A stretch of 62,932 nt of DNA, counting the filler, from Welwitschia mirabilis (taxonomy: Eukaryota), in assembly GCA_051453625.1 (NCBI GenBank). It is 6 parts of one record of this genome, joined end to end, with 100 filler letters (N's around TTAATTAATTAA, not from the genome) between each part and the next. Parts side by side here need not be neighbours in the genome. Positions count along the whole stretch, not along the records: positions 1 to 24,942 come from JBOZIK010000001.1; positions 25,043 to 40,259 come from JBOZIK010000001.1; 4 more parts are not named here. One strand, 5' to 3'. How positions within the stretch are numbered: position 1 is the first letter of the stretch; every line of letters begins with the position of its first letter. The notes beneath the pieces were generated by a model. It searched no databases. It saw only the letters and a program-made list of their open reading frames with translations, and was not told the origin of the DNA. This document shows positions 14,276 to 25,876 of this stretch, piece after piece. Made by a program: the position numbers and the translations under genes.

Positions 14276-14729
14276 CAAATAATAAAAAAAAGATAAACTA
14301 AAATTTGATACACATTTAGGGTATTTAGAAAAGACAACATTTTTGTGCTTTTAAATGTGACAAGTTTGTTTATGCACAATTTGAAAAAACACAATGATAC
14401 CAAATAATAATACAAAATGTGATAAGAAACACTTATTGCAAATATTTTGGTTTATTTTTAATTGAGATAATGTTTTAATTCTTTTCAAAAATAGGTATAA
14501 TATAATTTTATGCTATAAACTGAGAAATACTAAATGATGAAAAGATTATGCTCAAATAAATAACTAATTTTCATTAAAAAAACAACCATTACAAGAATTC
14601 TAACTGAAAATAAAAACTGTTTAATAAGAGCATACATCTAAAAATTACAAAAAAAAGCATAAATATCTCCTTTTTGATAATAAAAGCAAAAGAGAGAACA
14701 TCAAAACATGATCCGAAAACACAAGAAAT

Positions 14730-15769
14730 TTAATCTGATTCTTCATCTTCTTCTTCCTTCTCTTCAGATTCTTCTTCTAAATCTTCTTCACCTCCACCAG
14801 TACGAGCAAAGCTGGTACCTTTAGCTGAGTTATCTACAATGTCATATCCAGCTGTAATGAGCGCTCCTTTCATGTGTCTAATAGAGGAGTCAATCCATTT
14901 TAGATAAGAAAGAGTCTCATCTAGAGATGTTGCCTTTGGAGTTTTAGAAGGGGATTTTTTTAAAGAGGTAAAGATATGCATGCGAGGTAAAGTTGCACAC
15001 CCAATGGATGACAAAGACTGAAGAGTCTCCAAAGAAGAATGCAGATTAATATGAAAATGGCAACATATTTTAGTGATAAGCACAATGTAGGGTAAAGAGC
15101 TAATTCTGTGATACTCCAACTATGAAGCCATATTTTTTAGTATTATGACAGGAGCATCGATAGAATGTTCAGTTCCTACTAAATACATCAAATATGCCCT
15201 ATAGCTAAAGGCCTCATCACGATGACCAGCTAAAGAAAGAAAATTATAAGTAAAGATCAAATGAATGAAGTGATATTTGGGAGTTAACAAAGAAATATAT
15301 AAGGTGTATTTCCAAGTATGCACTTTACCGCAAAGCTCCTTGTAACTATCGACTTGTCTTCCATAGTATCTCTGAGAGGCTAAAACTCCTCATAGTCTCC
15401 TCATGGAAGATCAGTTATTTTAGAGATGAAGTCTGCTGTTACTTTTATCCTTCTACCCAACACAAGGATTTCTAGAATCTTGGTATCATGGTTAAAAGAA
15501 GTATTACAATAAAAATTTTTTGTAAAAAATGAATAGGCAAGATCTAAAACATCCAAGAAATGGTCCAGATCTTATTCTCTCAAAAGCTAATTGACATCCC
15601 TAAGTTCTTTGAGCTTAAATATGGCCACTGACCACTCTTGACACATAGCTTTCTTCTCAAACTTATCTGAGAACTTGTCAATATCTTCTTCAGACATTCC
15701 ATGGTAGAAGTAAGGAGGTTCCTTTGAAGCACCTTCTTTTGCACGTCTTCTTGGAGAGCTAGCAACCAT
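14730..15769 (-). pseudogene. SIRE env-like ORF, copy B (frameshifted)
   Basis: MVASSPRRRAKEGASKEPPYFYHGMSEEDIDKF..., LLTPKYHFIHLIFTYNFLSLAGHRD, acidic tail EEDLEEESEEKEEEDEESD; homologous to 18961-19279, 23922-24577 and 33638-34693. Confidence 0.8.
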
Positions 15770-16134
15770 CCTAAAACCTTTGAAAGAAATAAGACTAAGA
15801 AAAAACATTGGATCTGGCAGCAAGATCTCTAGGTCTAGAAGGAAACTCACTAGATCTGAAGGCTTGGAGGTACTAGAACACAATAAAATCAAGCTAGGAT
15901 TCTAGCTCTTTTATAGATTGAGGGAAATAGAGTGGATTTGAGAAAGAAATTGAGTCCACTGACTATAATTCCTCACTGCAATCCATCAGGTCTGGCCAAC
16001 TGCTCAACCATCTGGTCGACCCGTTGAGACACGGGTTTATAGTACTGGAAGAGGTCCGGGTGACGGGACTTTGAGGCTAGTCGACCGACTACATCTGCTC
16101 GATCAAATCATAGATCTAGTCGGCTACCCTACAA

Positions 16135-16471
16135 TTAGCCAAGGGACGGTGTACTGACCTCTAGATTTCTTTCATGATAGTTAAATTGATTATGAGGACT
16201 AGGGGTTTCATCAGATTTGACAAAATAACATTCAATTTTATTAAAATATTTCCTAAAATGTTGGTTTGCATGAAATGATTGATCAAGTAATTTAATATCT
16301 AATCTATAAGCATTATTAATATGTTTTGCATGAAAAATAACAACATTCATTTTTTTATTTTTAACTATGCATTTCGATTTATCAAAGACTATCCTATGCC
16401 CTTTATCACAAAGTTGACTAACACTTAATAAATTATGTTGCAAACCATTAACATAAAGTACATTATCAAGG
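16135..16471 (-). pseudogene. Copia protease C-terminal part with non-integrase tail, copy B
   Basis: LDNVLYVNGLQHNLLSVSQLCDKGHRIVF; pol homology stops after NNAYRL. Confidence 0.85.
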
Positions 16472-16571
16472 NNNNNNNNNNNNNNNNNNNNNNNNNNNNN
16501 NNNNNNNNNNNNNNNNNNNNNNNNNNNNNNNNNNNNNNNNNNNNNNNNNNNNNNNNNNNNNNNNNNNNNNN

Positions 16572-18960
16572 TAAATGCTCTATGTGGCATTGGTGAAAAT
16601 CTTTCTGAGGCCAAGTAAGGCAAAAGATTGTTAACTCCTTAACTCCAGAATATAGGCCTAAGATAACAACCATGGAAGAATCAAGAGACTTTAACTCAAT
16701 GAAGATTAAAGAATTACAAAGTGCTCTAATAGCTTATGAGATGAATCTTATTTAAGATGGTGCTTTAAATGAGAAGCCTATTGCTCTTAAAGTCGGTGAA
16801 AATACAAGGCAAGTTTCGAAGGGAAAAACAAAAGGAGGACTAGATGGAGATGACTTTGAAGATGCTGTGGATGAAGAACTTACTCTCATCACAAGTCAAG
16901 TCAAGAGACTTCTCCCATGAAAGAATAACAAAAAGGAGGACTATTGAAAATCATCCAGATTTCAGACTAGAGGTAAGTCTAAAGGTAAAGTTTCTAGTAG
17001 CTCTTCATTTTCTTTCAAGTCTGGTATTTCCAAGTTAGAATGTTGGGTTTGTGGAGGACGAGGACACATAGCCTTCGAATGTCCTAGCTCTAACAGGTTG
17101 CAAAGGAAAGCACAAACAGAAGAATGCAAGAAAAGGAGATCTTTCTTCACAAGATGGAATGATGACGAGGATGCAACTGTAGTAGAAACATCTGATGACG
17201 AAAAAGCTCATCTATCCTACATCGCCATTATACATATGGAAAGGAAAGTGATGAAAGAACAGAAGAACCTGAATTAGACAATGAAGGTGAAACAAGTATG
17301 GAATTTCAAGACAGGTATGATTTAATTTCTAAAGAATTTATTAAGTTGCAAAACGTATGTGCTAAAATGAAAAGATTACTTCATTCCTGTGGATTAGCAT
17401 ATGAACAAGAAAGAGGTTCTTGTAATAAGCTATCATCTGAAAACTCAGCCCTTAATGCTAAGATTTGTAAAGTAATGTGTGAATTAAAGCATGTTAGATA
17501 GGAACTTTCTGACTCAAAAAGAATCAGTGAGAAGTTTACCCAAGGGAAGGAGACTTTAAATATCATGTTTGGACAATGTAGAAGCCCAAATGATAAAAGT
17601 GGTTTAGATCACAATGAAGCTTCCACTATTGCTTTAGCTTCCTTATTCAACAAATGGAATTACAAACCAAGCTATGAGCATATAGTTTATATAAATAATA
17701 TTATCTGTTATTATTGCTACAAACGAGGTCATTATCAGTTTAATTGTCCAATAAAATTCCAAACTAGATATTACACTAACAATGCCAAAAAGCTAAAAAG
17801 TATGGTACAATGGTCTGTGCAGACTAAACCAAAGAAAATATGGATTCCAAATTAAGACTAGCTCTATTAACTCAGATTGCACTATGAGCAGTGAAAAAAT
17901 ACGCATGGTATGTTGACAATGGGTGTTCAAGGCATATGACTGGAGACAAATCCAGCTTTACCACTTTGGTGGAGCAAGACAAAGGAGTGGTCACCTTTGG
18001 TGACAATACAAAGTAGTCTATCAGAGGTATTGGAACCATTGCAGGAGGTAACCTACCTGAGGTAAAAGATGTTTTCTTTGTAAAAGAATTGCAACATAAT
18101 CTGCTAAGTGTTAGTCAGTTATGCGATACAAACTTTTCTATCACTGTTTCAAAAGATGATTGTGTTATCAAAGAACATAACTTGACCAAAGTCTTATTTG
18201 CTGCAATTAGAAAATCTAATATCTACATCACTACTTTACAAGACATTTCTGATAAGGAAACCAAGTGTCTATTAAGTACTATAGGTGAAACAAAGCTATG
18301 GTATAGAAAGCTTGGACACATAAACAAAGACTTGGAAAAAATCTTATCCTTGAAAGAAATGGTAACAAGACTTCCTAAGTTGCAAAGCCTTGATAATCAT
18401 GTTTGTGAGGCATGCCAGAAAGGAAAGCAAACAAGGGTAAGATTTGCTAAGAAGAACATTATCACAACTGAACGTCCTTTAGATCTTTTGCATCTTGGTA
18501 TTGTTGGTCTATCTCCTATAGAACTTCTTAATAAAAAAAGATATTATCTAACTGTTATTGACGACTACTCTCATTTTACATGGGTAGCCTTCCTTGCACG
18601 CAAGGATGAGGCATTTGACTTTTTCTCTAAGCTGTGTATTAGGTTACAGAACCAAAAAGGGTACAAAATCAAGACGATAAGAAGCGATAATGATACTGAA
18701 TTTAAAAATGCAAAGTTCAGAGAATTTTGTGAAGAGTTCAGAATTCTCCACCAATTCTCTACACTAAGAGCTCCACAACAAAATAGAGTTGCTGAAAGAA
18801 AGAACATAGTTCTAAATGAAATGGCAAAAACAATGATGCACGATAAACAGGTTCTTATCCTTTTTTGGCAATGATGCACGATAAACAAGTTCTTATCCTT
18901 TTTTGGACAGAAGCCATCAACACTGCATGTTACATTTCCAATCGAGTTCTGGTAAGACAT
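16572..18960 (+). mobile_element. Internal fragment of a different SIRE-like copia element (gag-PR-INT), no LTR visible
   Basis: Zinc knuckles CWVCGGRGHIAFEC (17041) and CYYCYKRGHYQFNC; WYVDNGCSRHMTG ~17906; integrase ORF 18089-18874 (CEACQKGKQ, IDDYS, IRSDN, PQQNRVAERKN); 38-bp tandem duplication 18831-18906. Confidence 0.9.
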
Positions 18961-19279
18961 TTCTAATCAAAACAAGGGTTTTAAGAGTCCTGGTATCACG
19001 GTTAAAAGAAGCATTGCAATAAAACATCCTAGTAAGAAAAGGATAAGCAGGACTTGAGACATCCAAGAAATGGTCCAAATCTTGATCTCTCAAGAGCTGT
19101 ATTACTTCCCTGAGTTCCCTGAGTTCTGTTGTGGCTACAGACCGCTCTTGGCACACAACTTTCTTTTCAAACTTGTCAGAGAACTTGTCAATGTCTTCTT
19201 CAGACATTCCTTGGTAGAAGTAGAAAGGTTCCCTTGAAGGAGCCTCTTTTGCACCTCTCCTGGAAGAGCTAGCAGCCAT
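18961..19279 (-). pseudogene. SIRE env-like ORF 5' part, copy A (truncated at junction with plus-strand copia)
   Basis: MAASSSRRGAKEAPSREPFYFYQGMSEEDIDKFSDKFEKK...FLTRMFYCN. Confidence 0.8.
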
Positions 19280-19562
19280 TCTAAGACCCTTGAAAGAAAG
19301 AGGACTAAGAAAAACACTAGATCTGGAAGCAAGATCTCTGGATCTTGAAAGAAACTCACTAGATCTGAAAGTTTGGAGGCACTTGAACACAATGAAATCA
19401 ATTTAGGGTTCTATCTCTTTTATAGACTGAAGGAAATAGGGCAAATTTGAGAAAGAAATCTGGTCCATCGACTGTACTTCCGCACTGTAATCCACCAGGT
19501 CCGGTCGACCGCTCAAACATCTGGTTGACACGTCGAGACGCGGGTCTATAGTACTGGAAGGG

Positions 19563-19680
19563 GTCCGGGCGACTGGGCTCTCAGTTCGGGCGACCGACCA
19601 CATCCGATCGACCGGATCTATGTCCGGGCGACCGGGCTCTCAGTTCGAGCGACCGACCACATCCGATCGACCGAATCATA
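19563..19680. repeat. 59-bp GC-rich tandem duplication upstream of env-like ORF
   Basis: GTCCGGGCGAC(T/C)GGGCTCTCAGTTCG(G/A)GCGACCGACCACATCCGATCGACCG twice; single unit in copy B (~16053-16110). Confidence 0.9.
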
Positions 19681-19854
19681 GATCCGGTCGACTGCCCTGC
19701 AGTCAGCCAATGGACAATGTCTTAACATCCAGATTACTTCCATGATTGTTAAATTGATTATGAGGACTGGGGGTTTCATCAAAATTTACAAAATAACAAA
19801 AATCTTTCCTAAAGTCTTGATTTGCATGGAATGTTTGATCAAACGATTTGACAT

Positions 19855-21852
19855 CTAATCTTTAAGCATTATCAATACATTTTGCGAGATAGCAACATTT
19901 GTTTTCTCATTCACAACAATGCATTTCGATTTATCAAAAATTATTCTATGCCCTTCGTCACAAAGTTGACTTATACTTAATAAGTTGTGTTTCAATTCAT
20001 TAATATAAAGTAGATTATTAAGTTTAGAGGACATACCTCCTTTGATGCATCCTGTACCTTCTATTTTTGCTGTTTGATTGTTTTCAAATATGACCACTCC
20101 TCCGTTTATGTTCTTCAAGTTTTGAAAACTTGATTTATCTCCTGTCATATGCATTGAACAACCATTGTCTAGATACCAGTTGTTCATGTGTGATCCTCTA
20201 AAATCTATTCATGTCACAAAGCTTTGAAGATTATTAGCTTTAACCCACTTAGTCTTATTTGACTTAGGTGGTACATTTTTCTTTGGAATAAACTTAAAAG
20301 ACAATGAGTTCACATTTTTTAAAAAAAAGCGTTAAACTTCTAACTTTGCAAAAAGTTTTAGAATAACAAAATCTACCACAAACATTGCACAATAGATTAG
20401 GCACAAACTTACTTGTTTGATTTACCTATTTTTGTGATATTAGTGCTCGAAAACCAATACATGATTTGTCTCCATTTGGCTTTTAAATTCCAAGCATCTG
20501 TTCCAATTTAGATAAACTACCAGAAAACTTATTTAAAAAAAATGAAAGATCATTTACCTAAGTAGTTAACTTGATGTTATTAAATTTAAGCAAACTTACA
20601 CTTCTCTTCCACTTTCTCCTTTTCTTTTGTAATGGTCTTTACCATGTTATTTAACTCATTGATTCTCTTGACAAGCTTCTCACATTCTTCATACAACTCT
20701 TGGCATATATCTCCTAACTCATCTTCTTCTTCATCAATCATATCCAAGTCATCTAGTATTGAAGTATTAGGCATATTTTTTAGTGATGGAACTAGATCCA
20801 TAAAGGATAACCTCCTATCTCTGTCTGATTAATGATCTGAGTAGTTCTTCTTATCTTTATCATCTTCATTATTCTAAGTTCCATGAATGAAGAGTTTCTA
20901 GACTTCTTGTTTTCTCTCCTCGTGTTGGGATACTCATTGGTCATATGTCAAAATCCTTTGCATGAGTAGCATTGGATTTTCTTTTCTTTTTCTTACTCTT
21001 TTCTTTGTTTTGGATTGCTTCTCCTTGGATTCCTACTTAATTCTCCTTCCTTTTTCTTGTAAAGAAACTTTTTGAAGTGCCTAGCTAGAAGAGCCACTTT
21101 ATTATCATTGAGTTCTTCATCTAACCTATCAGATCTATAATCCTTCTGCACACATTTCAAAGCAATACCTTTTTTCTATCTTTAGTAAACTTAAGTTCAT
21201 AGGTTTGAAGATTACCTTAAAGTTCTTCTAATGTTATGGCATTGATGTTTTTGCTCTCTTCTATATCTATCACGTTCGGTTTAAATCTCTTGGGTAGGGA
21301 TCTCAGAACTTTTCTTATCACTTTCCTTTTCTCCATGCATTCTCTGAGGCTTGCCATTAAGTTCATAATATTTGTAAGTCTAGCAAAAAAATTCTTGTAA
21401 GGTTTCTTCATCATCCATATGAATATCTTCAAATTTAGAAATAATCATTTGCAGTTTTGCTTACTTAACAGTGGATGTTCCTTCATGTATCACTTATAAA
21501 ATATCCCAAGCCTTCTTTGCATGGTTACAGTTCATAATTCTTTTAAATTCATCTATACATACTGCACAAAAAATAGCATTAAGAGCATGGGCATCAATGG
21601 TGGCTTTTACTTTATCTGTGGGAGTCCATTAATCTCAGGATTTGGAAACTAAGTGGTGTAACCATTTACATCGGTTTGTGTTATCATAGACATGGCATAA
21701 TCTTTGTATATGACTTCCTCTATATCGGCATCTAGGGATTTGAGAAAGATTCTCATCCTAAAGATTCTCATCCTAGCTTTCTAATAGACATAATTTAAAC
21801 CATCGAACATGGGTGGACGATTGGTTGAAAAATCATCAGTCGGGTTACTCAT
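19855..21852 (-). pseudogene. SIRE gag and protease, copy A
   Basis: ATG at 21852 (MSNPTDDFSTNRPPMFDG), RKVLRSLPKRFKP, WYLDNGCSMHMTG...LKHNLLSISQLCD (19855-20187). Confidence 0.9.
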
Positions 21853-21903
21853 TTTTAGGGTTCTTAAATCTAGATCTATAAAAATCTCTCAAAAACTAAC
21901 CTA

Positions 21904-21916
21904 AGCTCTGATACCA
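21904..21916 (-). promoter_or_regulatory. Primer-binding site, tRNA-iMet
   Basis: rc TGGTATCAGAGCT, 2 bp from the LTR end at 21919. Confidence 0.9.
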
Positions 21917-21918
21917 AA

Positions 21919-23174
21919 TGATAGGATTAAGAACCCTAGAAGGGGGATGAATAGGTTCTCTTAAAAACTTATGCCCAAAATAAAATTAAATTTATCTAAG
22001 CACAGTTTACATATGAAAATAATGGAATCAAGAATTGTGCATACAAAAATGGAAAACTATAAGTAAAGAATCAAAAGGCAGAAAAACACAAACTACCAAT
22101 TATGATGCACGCTGGATTTATAGTGGTTTAGGAACTCCCCTACTTCACTCTTGATGATTAACTTCTTTAAATCTTGATTTTAAATCTCTGTAACTCTACA
22201 GATTTTCTCAAGTTCACCTATAACCCTTACAAGCAGACCTTTACAGGCTAAGTCTCAAACTTAATAGACTTTTAGAGGCTAAGTCTCAACCTTAACAACA
22301 GATTTTTGCAGGATAATTCTCAAAGTTTGAAAACAATATATGTGATGTAATGATGCCTTGATTGCTCAGATATCACACATTCTATAGCAGTACAATGAAT
22401 GGAGCTCTTCTCCAATAGATCACAATGATGAAACTTTTAGATCTGGTTTTGAATAAAGCTCTTGTACCAATGATTATTCTCCTAAATCAGATATGAAGCA
22501 ATACAATGATATATCAATGAAAGTACAACTTGATCTTTCAGATCCACAATAATTATGCTGAATGCAAGCAGTGCTAAAAAGATCTTTAGGTCAACAATAG
22601 CATAGCTATTTATAATGGAGGGCTACTAGGGTTTATTTCAAATAAATTCACCTCCAACAGCTATAAATGATTAGAAAATGACTAGGTAATGGATACATAA
22701 TGTTTAGATATTTTACTTTTTCACGTCATCTAGTCAACCCCACAAAAATCTGATTGACCCCATGAGAGCTCAGTCGACCCCATTCTGATTCCGGTCGACT
22801 CCTTGCCTCTCAGTCTGGAACTATTGTCTATTAGCTTCTTAGGTCCAGTCGACCCCATGAAAATCTGGTCGACTCTTTTCCTATCAGTCTGAGACTATTA
22901 CCTGTTAGTTCCTCAAGGCTGGTTGACCCCATGAAAATCTGGTTGACCCCTCTAGGTTTAGTCCATTTTTCTTGTGACATCTTTAGGTGCGGTCAACCCC
23001 TTTAGGATCTGGTCGACCCCTACTAGAGATTAACATAACTCAATAGATTTCTGGTGCTTTTTTAGTTCAATTCTTTCACCTGCAAAAACTCCATCTCATC
23101 TACACACAAGATATAACATTCTGCATTACACAAGAGACATTAATTTGACATCAATTGACAAATATAATCTAACT
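21919..23174 (-). repeat. 5' LTR of nested SIRE derivative
   Basis: Colinear with 12685-13937; PBS on the inner side, TSD on the outer side. Confidence 0.9.
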
Positions 23175-23921
23175 GGTAAGTTACTTAAACTTAATGACAT
23201 GTTATATGTAAATAGTCTGAAGCATAACTTATTGAGTATCAAATAATTGTGTGAAAAAGGTTACAAAGTAGTATTTGAAAAATCAAAATGTGAAATTGTG
23301 AATGTAAAAATTAATGTTGTTATCCTTACTGCAAATCGAGTAGATAATATTTATAGAATAAATACTCGTCTGAATTTATATAATGATTAGTTAAATTATA
23401 TAAACTACAACATTAAAAATGGAAACATTGGCTTAAATTTTAGTAAAACTAAATGTTGTCTGGAAAATTCTAAAGTAAAACCCTATTTCTGCATCTTCTT
23501 ATTGATTACAAACATGAATTAGGGCTTAACTCATCATCCTCTAACTGATTGCATCATGATTGACTAGATCCATGATTTGGTCGACTAGATGTAGTTAGTC
23601 GACCAACTTGAAAGCCTAGTTACCTAGATCTCTTTCTATACTATAGACCTGCATCTCCATGAGTTGACCGAAACTTTGATTGATCGATCGGACCTGACAA
23701 ATCATAGTGTAGAAGTATCATCAGTGGACCCAATTTTACTCTTCAAATCACCCTATTTCATCATCTCTAAAAATGAAAGAGGCTTCTAATTCATTTTTAT
23801 TATGTTTCAGCCCTATCTATCTCTCAGATCTAGAGCTGTTGCTTTTACATCTAGAGTTTTACTCTTAGATCTATAATTTTATCTTATTCTTTTTGCTTTC
23901 AAGCTTTTGAAAAAGGTAGAA

Positions 23922-24577
23922 ATGGCTAAAAGCTTTTAAGGAAGAGAGTCAAGGAAACTCTAGTAAGAGATTGTACTATCTTCTACCAAGGGATCTCTGA
24001 GAATGACATTGAAAGGTTTTTAGAGAAGTTCAAAAAGAAGCTTATTTATCAAGAATGATCTGTGGCAACCTCAGAGCTTAGAGAGCTCAAGGAAGTGATG
24101 TAGCTCCTGAGAAATTAGGATCTTAAATATTTTCTAGATGTTTCTGGTTCCATTTACCTTTTTCTTACTTGTATGTTTTATTACAATTCAACTTATAATC
24201 ATGATTCAGTAACCCTTGGAACCCTTATTTTGGGGAAGCTACTGAGGATTACTACAAACCTCATCTTTAATCTGATTGATCTTCCTAGAGGTGACTATGA
24301 AGAGTTTTGGCCTCTTCATGATACCGTAGAAGATAATCGTAAAGTGACAAGGGTGATCTGTGGTAAGACTCATACTTGGAAACACACCATTTTCACTTCC
24401 TTGCTTACACCTAAGTATTATTTTCTTTATTTGATTTTTACTTCTAATTTTCTATCATTAGCAGGGCATCATGATAAGGCCTCTAGCTATAGAGCATATT
24501 TAATGTATCTGGTAGGAATAGAGCATTCTATTAATGCTCTTACCATCATACTGAAGAATATGGTCTCTCAGTTAAAA
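23922..24577 (+). pseudogene. SIRE env-like ORF of element Y (3'-truncated)
   Basis: ORF 24173-24592 MFYYN...LLTPKYYFLYLIFTSNFLSLAGHHDKASSYRAYLMYLVG matches copy B. Confidence 0.8.
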
Positions 24578-24578
24578 C

Positions 24579-24942
24579 CATTGTTTAAATAGGCGGTGAC
24601 TAAACGCCGTCTAGGTGATTAGTCACCTTGAATTCACACAGAAGACTTTTTTCCAGTTGGCAGTTGGATGAGTGGCGTCTATGGGCGACTAATCGCTGCC
24701 TGTAATGATCTGCGACTAATCGCCGACTAGCATAGAAAATAACAACAATAGTCATGGCGGGAAGGCTTGAAAAATGAGAAAATAACAATTGCTGACGCCA
24801 AAACAGACGAACATTTGTGAAGTTTGGCGCAAACGGAGAGGAGAAACAGTGAGTGTTGGCGCAAAGAGAAGGTTCTTCCGTCATTGGTGCAGCTACAAAG
24901 TTAACAAGGGAAGACAGAAAGTGAACAACAGGTGACGCAAAA
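24579..24942. mobile_element. Possible terminus of a DNA transposon (hAT-like)
   Basis: Abruptly interrupts the env-like ORF with CATTGTTTAAATAGGCG; subterminal GCGACTAATCGC motifs in both orientations; other end not seen. Confidence 0.35.
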
Positions 24943-25042
24943 NNNNNNNNNNNNNNNNNNNNNNNNNNNNNNNNNNNNNNNNNNNNTTAATTAATTAANN
25001 NNNNNNNNNNNNNNNNNNNNNNNNNNNNNNNNNNNNNNNNNN
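24943..25042. other. Artificial contig spacer (N44-TTAATTAATTAA-N44); also 40260-40359, 47592-47691, 54934-55033, 60734-60833
   Basis: The same 100-bp construct, with stops in all six frames, occurs five times. Confidence 0.97.
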
Positions 25043-25560
25043 TGTTTGCATTCATAAAAAAAAAAAAAAAATCGTCAAAACTTCTAATTTGGAATAGTCT
25101 ATCGTTTTTTTAATTTGCGAGTGTCTTTTCTTTATTTTATTATATTATTATTATTTTTATCAGCCAGATTTATAATTTCTTTTTTTATTAGATTTTCATT
25201 TCATCTAAGTTAACTAGTTTAAAAAAATATACAAAAAAAAAAGAGTGCTTAATCTTTTAGATTCATTGAAATTGCAAGTTTTCATTTTTTTTAAAAAAGG
25301 ACTTATGCCAAAAAAAAAACTAATTTCTAGAGTTAATTTTTTAGGATTCCAAACATTATTACATTGGTTACAAAGATAAATTGTCGAATTTAGTTCTAGC
25401 CCTCATAAAAAGAAAATAATAATGCGTGCTAGAATAATTCGATTACCTGTGATTAAGGTTGTGAGAAATTTTAATTCACAAAAGGAAAATTTTAATTTTC
25501 TCATATTGTGAAATTCGAAATCAAACATAATCGTTGTGAAAAAAAAAATTTATCATAACA

Positions 25561-25876
25561 GAGGGTAATAAGATTTCACAGTTGCCAAAGTGTTTATTCA
25601 ATGGCTATACAACGCTTACTGAGCTAAATTATTTGAACAATGTCCTTTCTAAGATACCCAATTCAATTGGAAGTCTTTTCCAGCTCATTCGTCTTGACAT
25701 TCATCAAAATAAAGTATCATCATTGCCTGCATCTATCGTTGGATGTTCTTTACTTGCAGAGCTTTATCTAGGAAGAAATGCTCTGTCCTCATTTCCTATC
25801 AAAATTGGTGGGCTTTTAAATTTAGGAGTTTTAGATCTTCAATCTAATCAGCTTCATGAATTTCTAAAGGAGGCAT
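25561..25876 (+). pseudogene. Intronless fragment of an intracellular LRR gene (LRRC40/PIRL-like)
   Basis: EGNKISQLP...LTELNYLNNVLSKIPNSIGSLFQLIRLDIHQNKVSSLPASIVGCSLLAELYLGRNALSSFPIKIGGLLNLGVLDLQSNQL: about four 23-aa LRRs; no start codon or flanking exons seen. Confidence 0.75.

Larger units (their letters stand above)
12685..23174 (-). mobile_element. Nested SIRE-derivative insertion bounded by two ~1.25 kb LTRs and a GGTAA TSD; composite interior
   Basis: GGTAA at 12680-12684 and 23175-23179; homologous LTRs 12685-13937 and 21919-23174; PBS 21904-21916; PPT 13938-13950. Confidence 0.85.
9283..24577 (+). mobile_element. SIRE-type copia element Y (LTR-gag-PR-env-like, no INT/RT/RH), split by nested insertion 12685-23174 and 3'-truncated
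   Basis: LTR 9283-10880, decayed Met PBS, gag MSNPSDHFSTGRPPMFN at 10947, protease frame GCIKEG|KLLKLNDMLYVNSLKHNLLSI resumes across the insertion, env-like ORF from 23922. Confidence 0.85.

Noticed and set aside
14730-15769. True retroviral envelope or endogenous virus
   Set aside because: No signal peptide or fusion-protein hallmarks; position and layout match the Sirevirus extra ORF.
24943-25042. Recurrent TTAATTAATTAA motif within N runs
   Set aside because: Artificial six-frame-stop contig spacer; adjacency and distance across it are not guaranteed.
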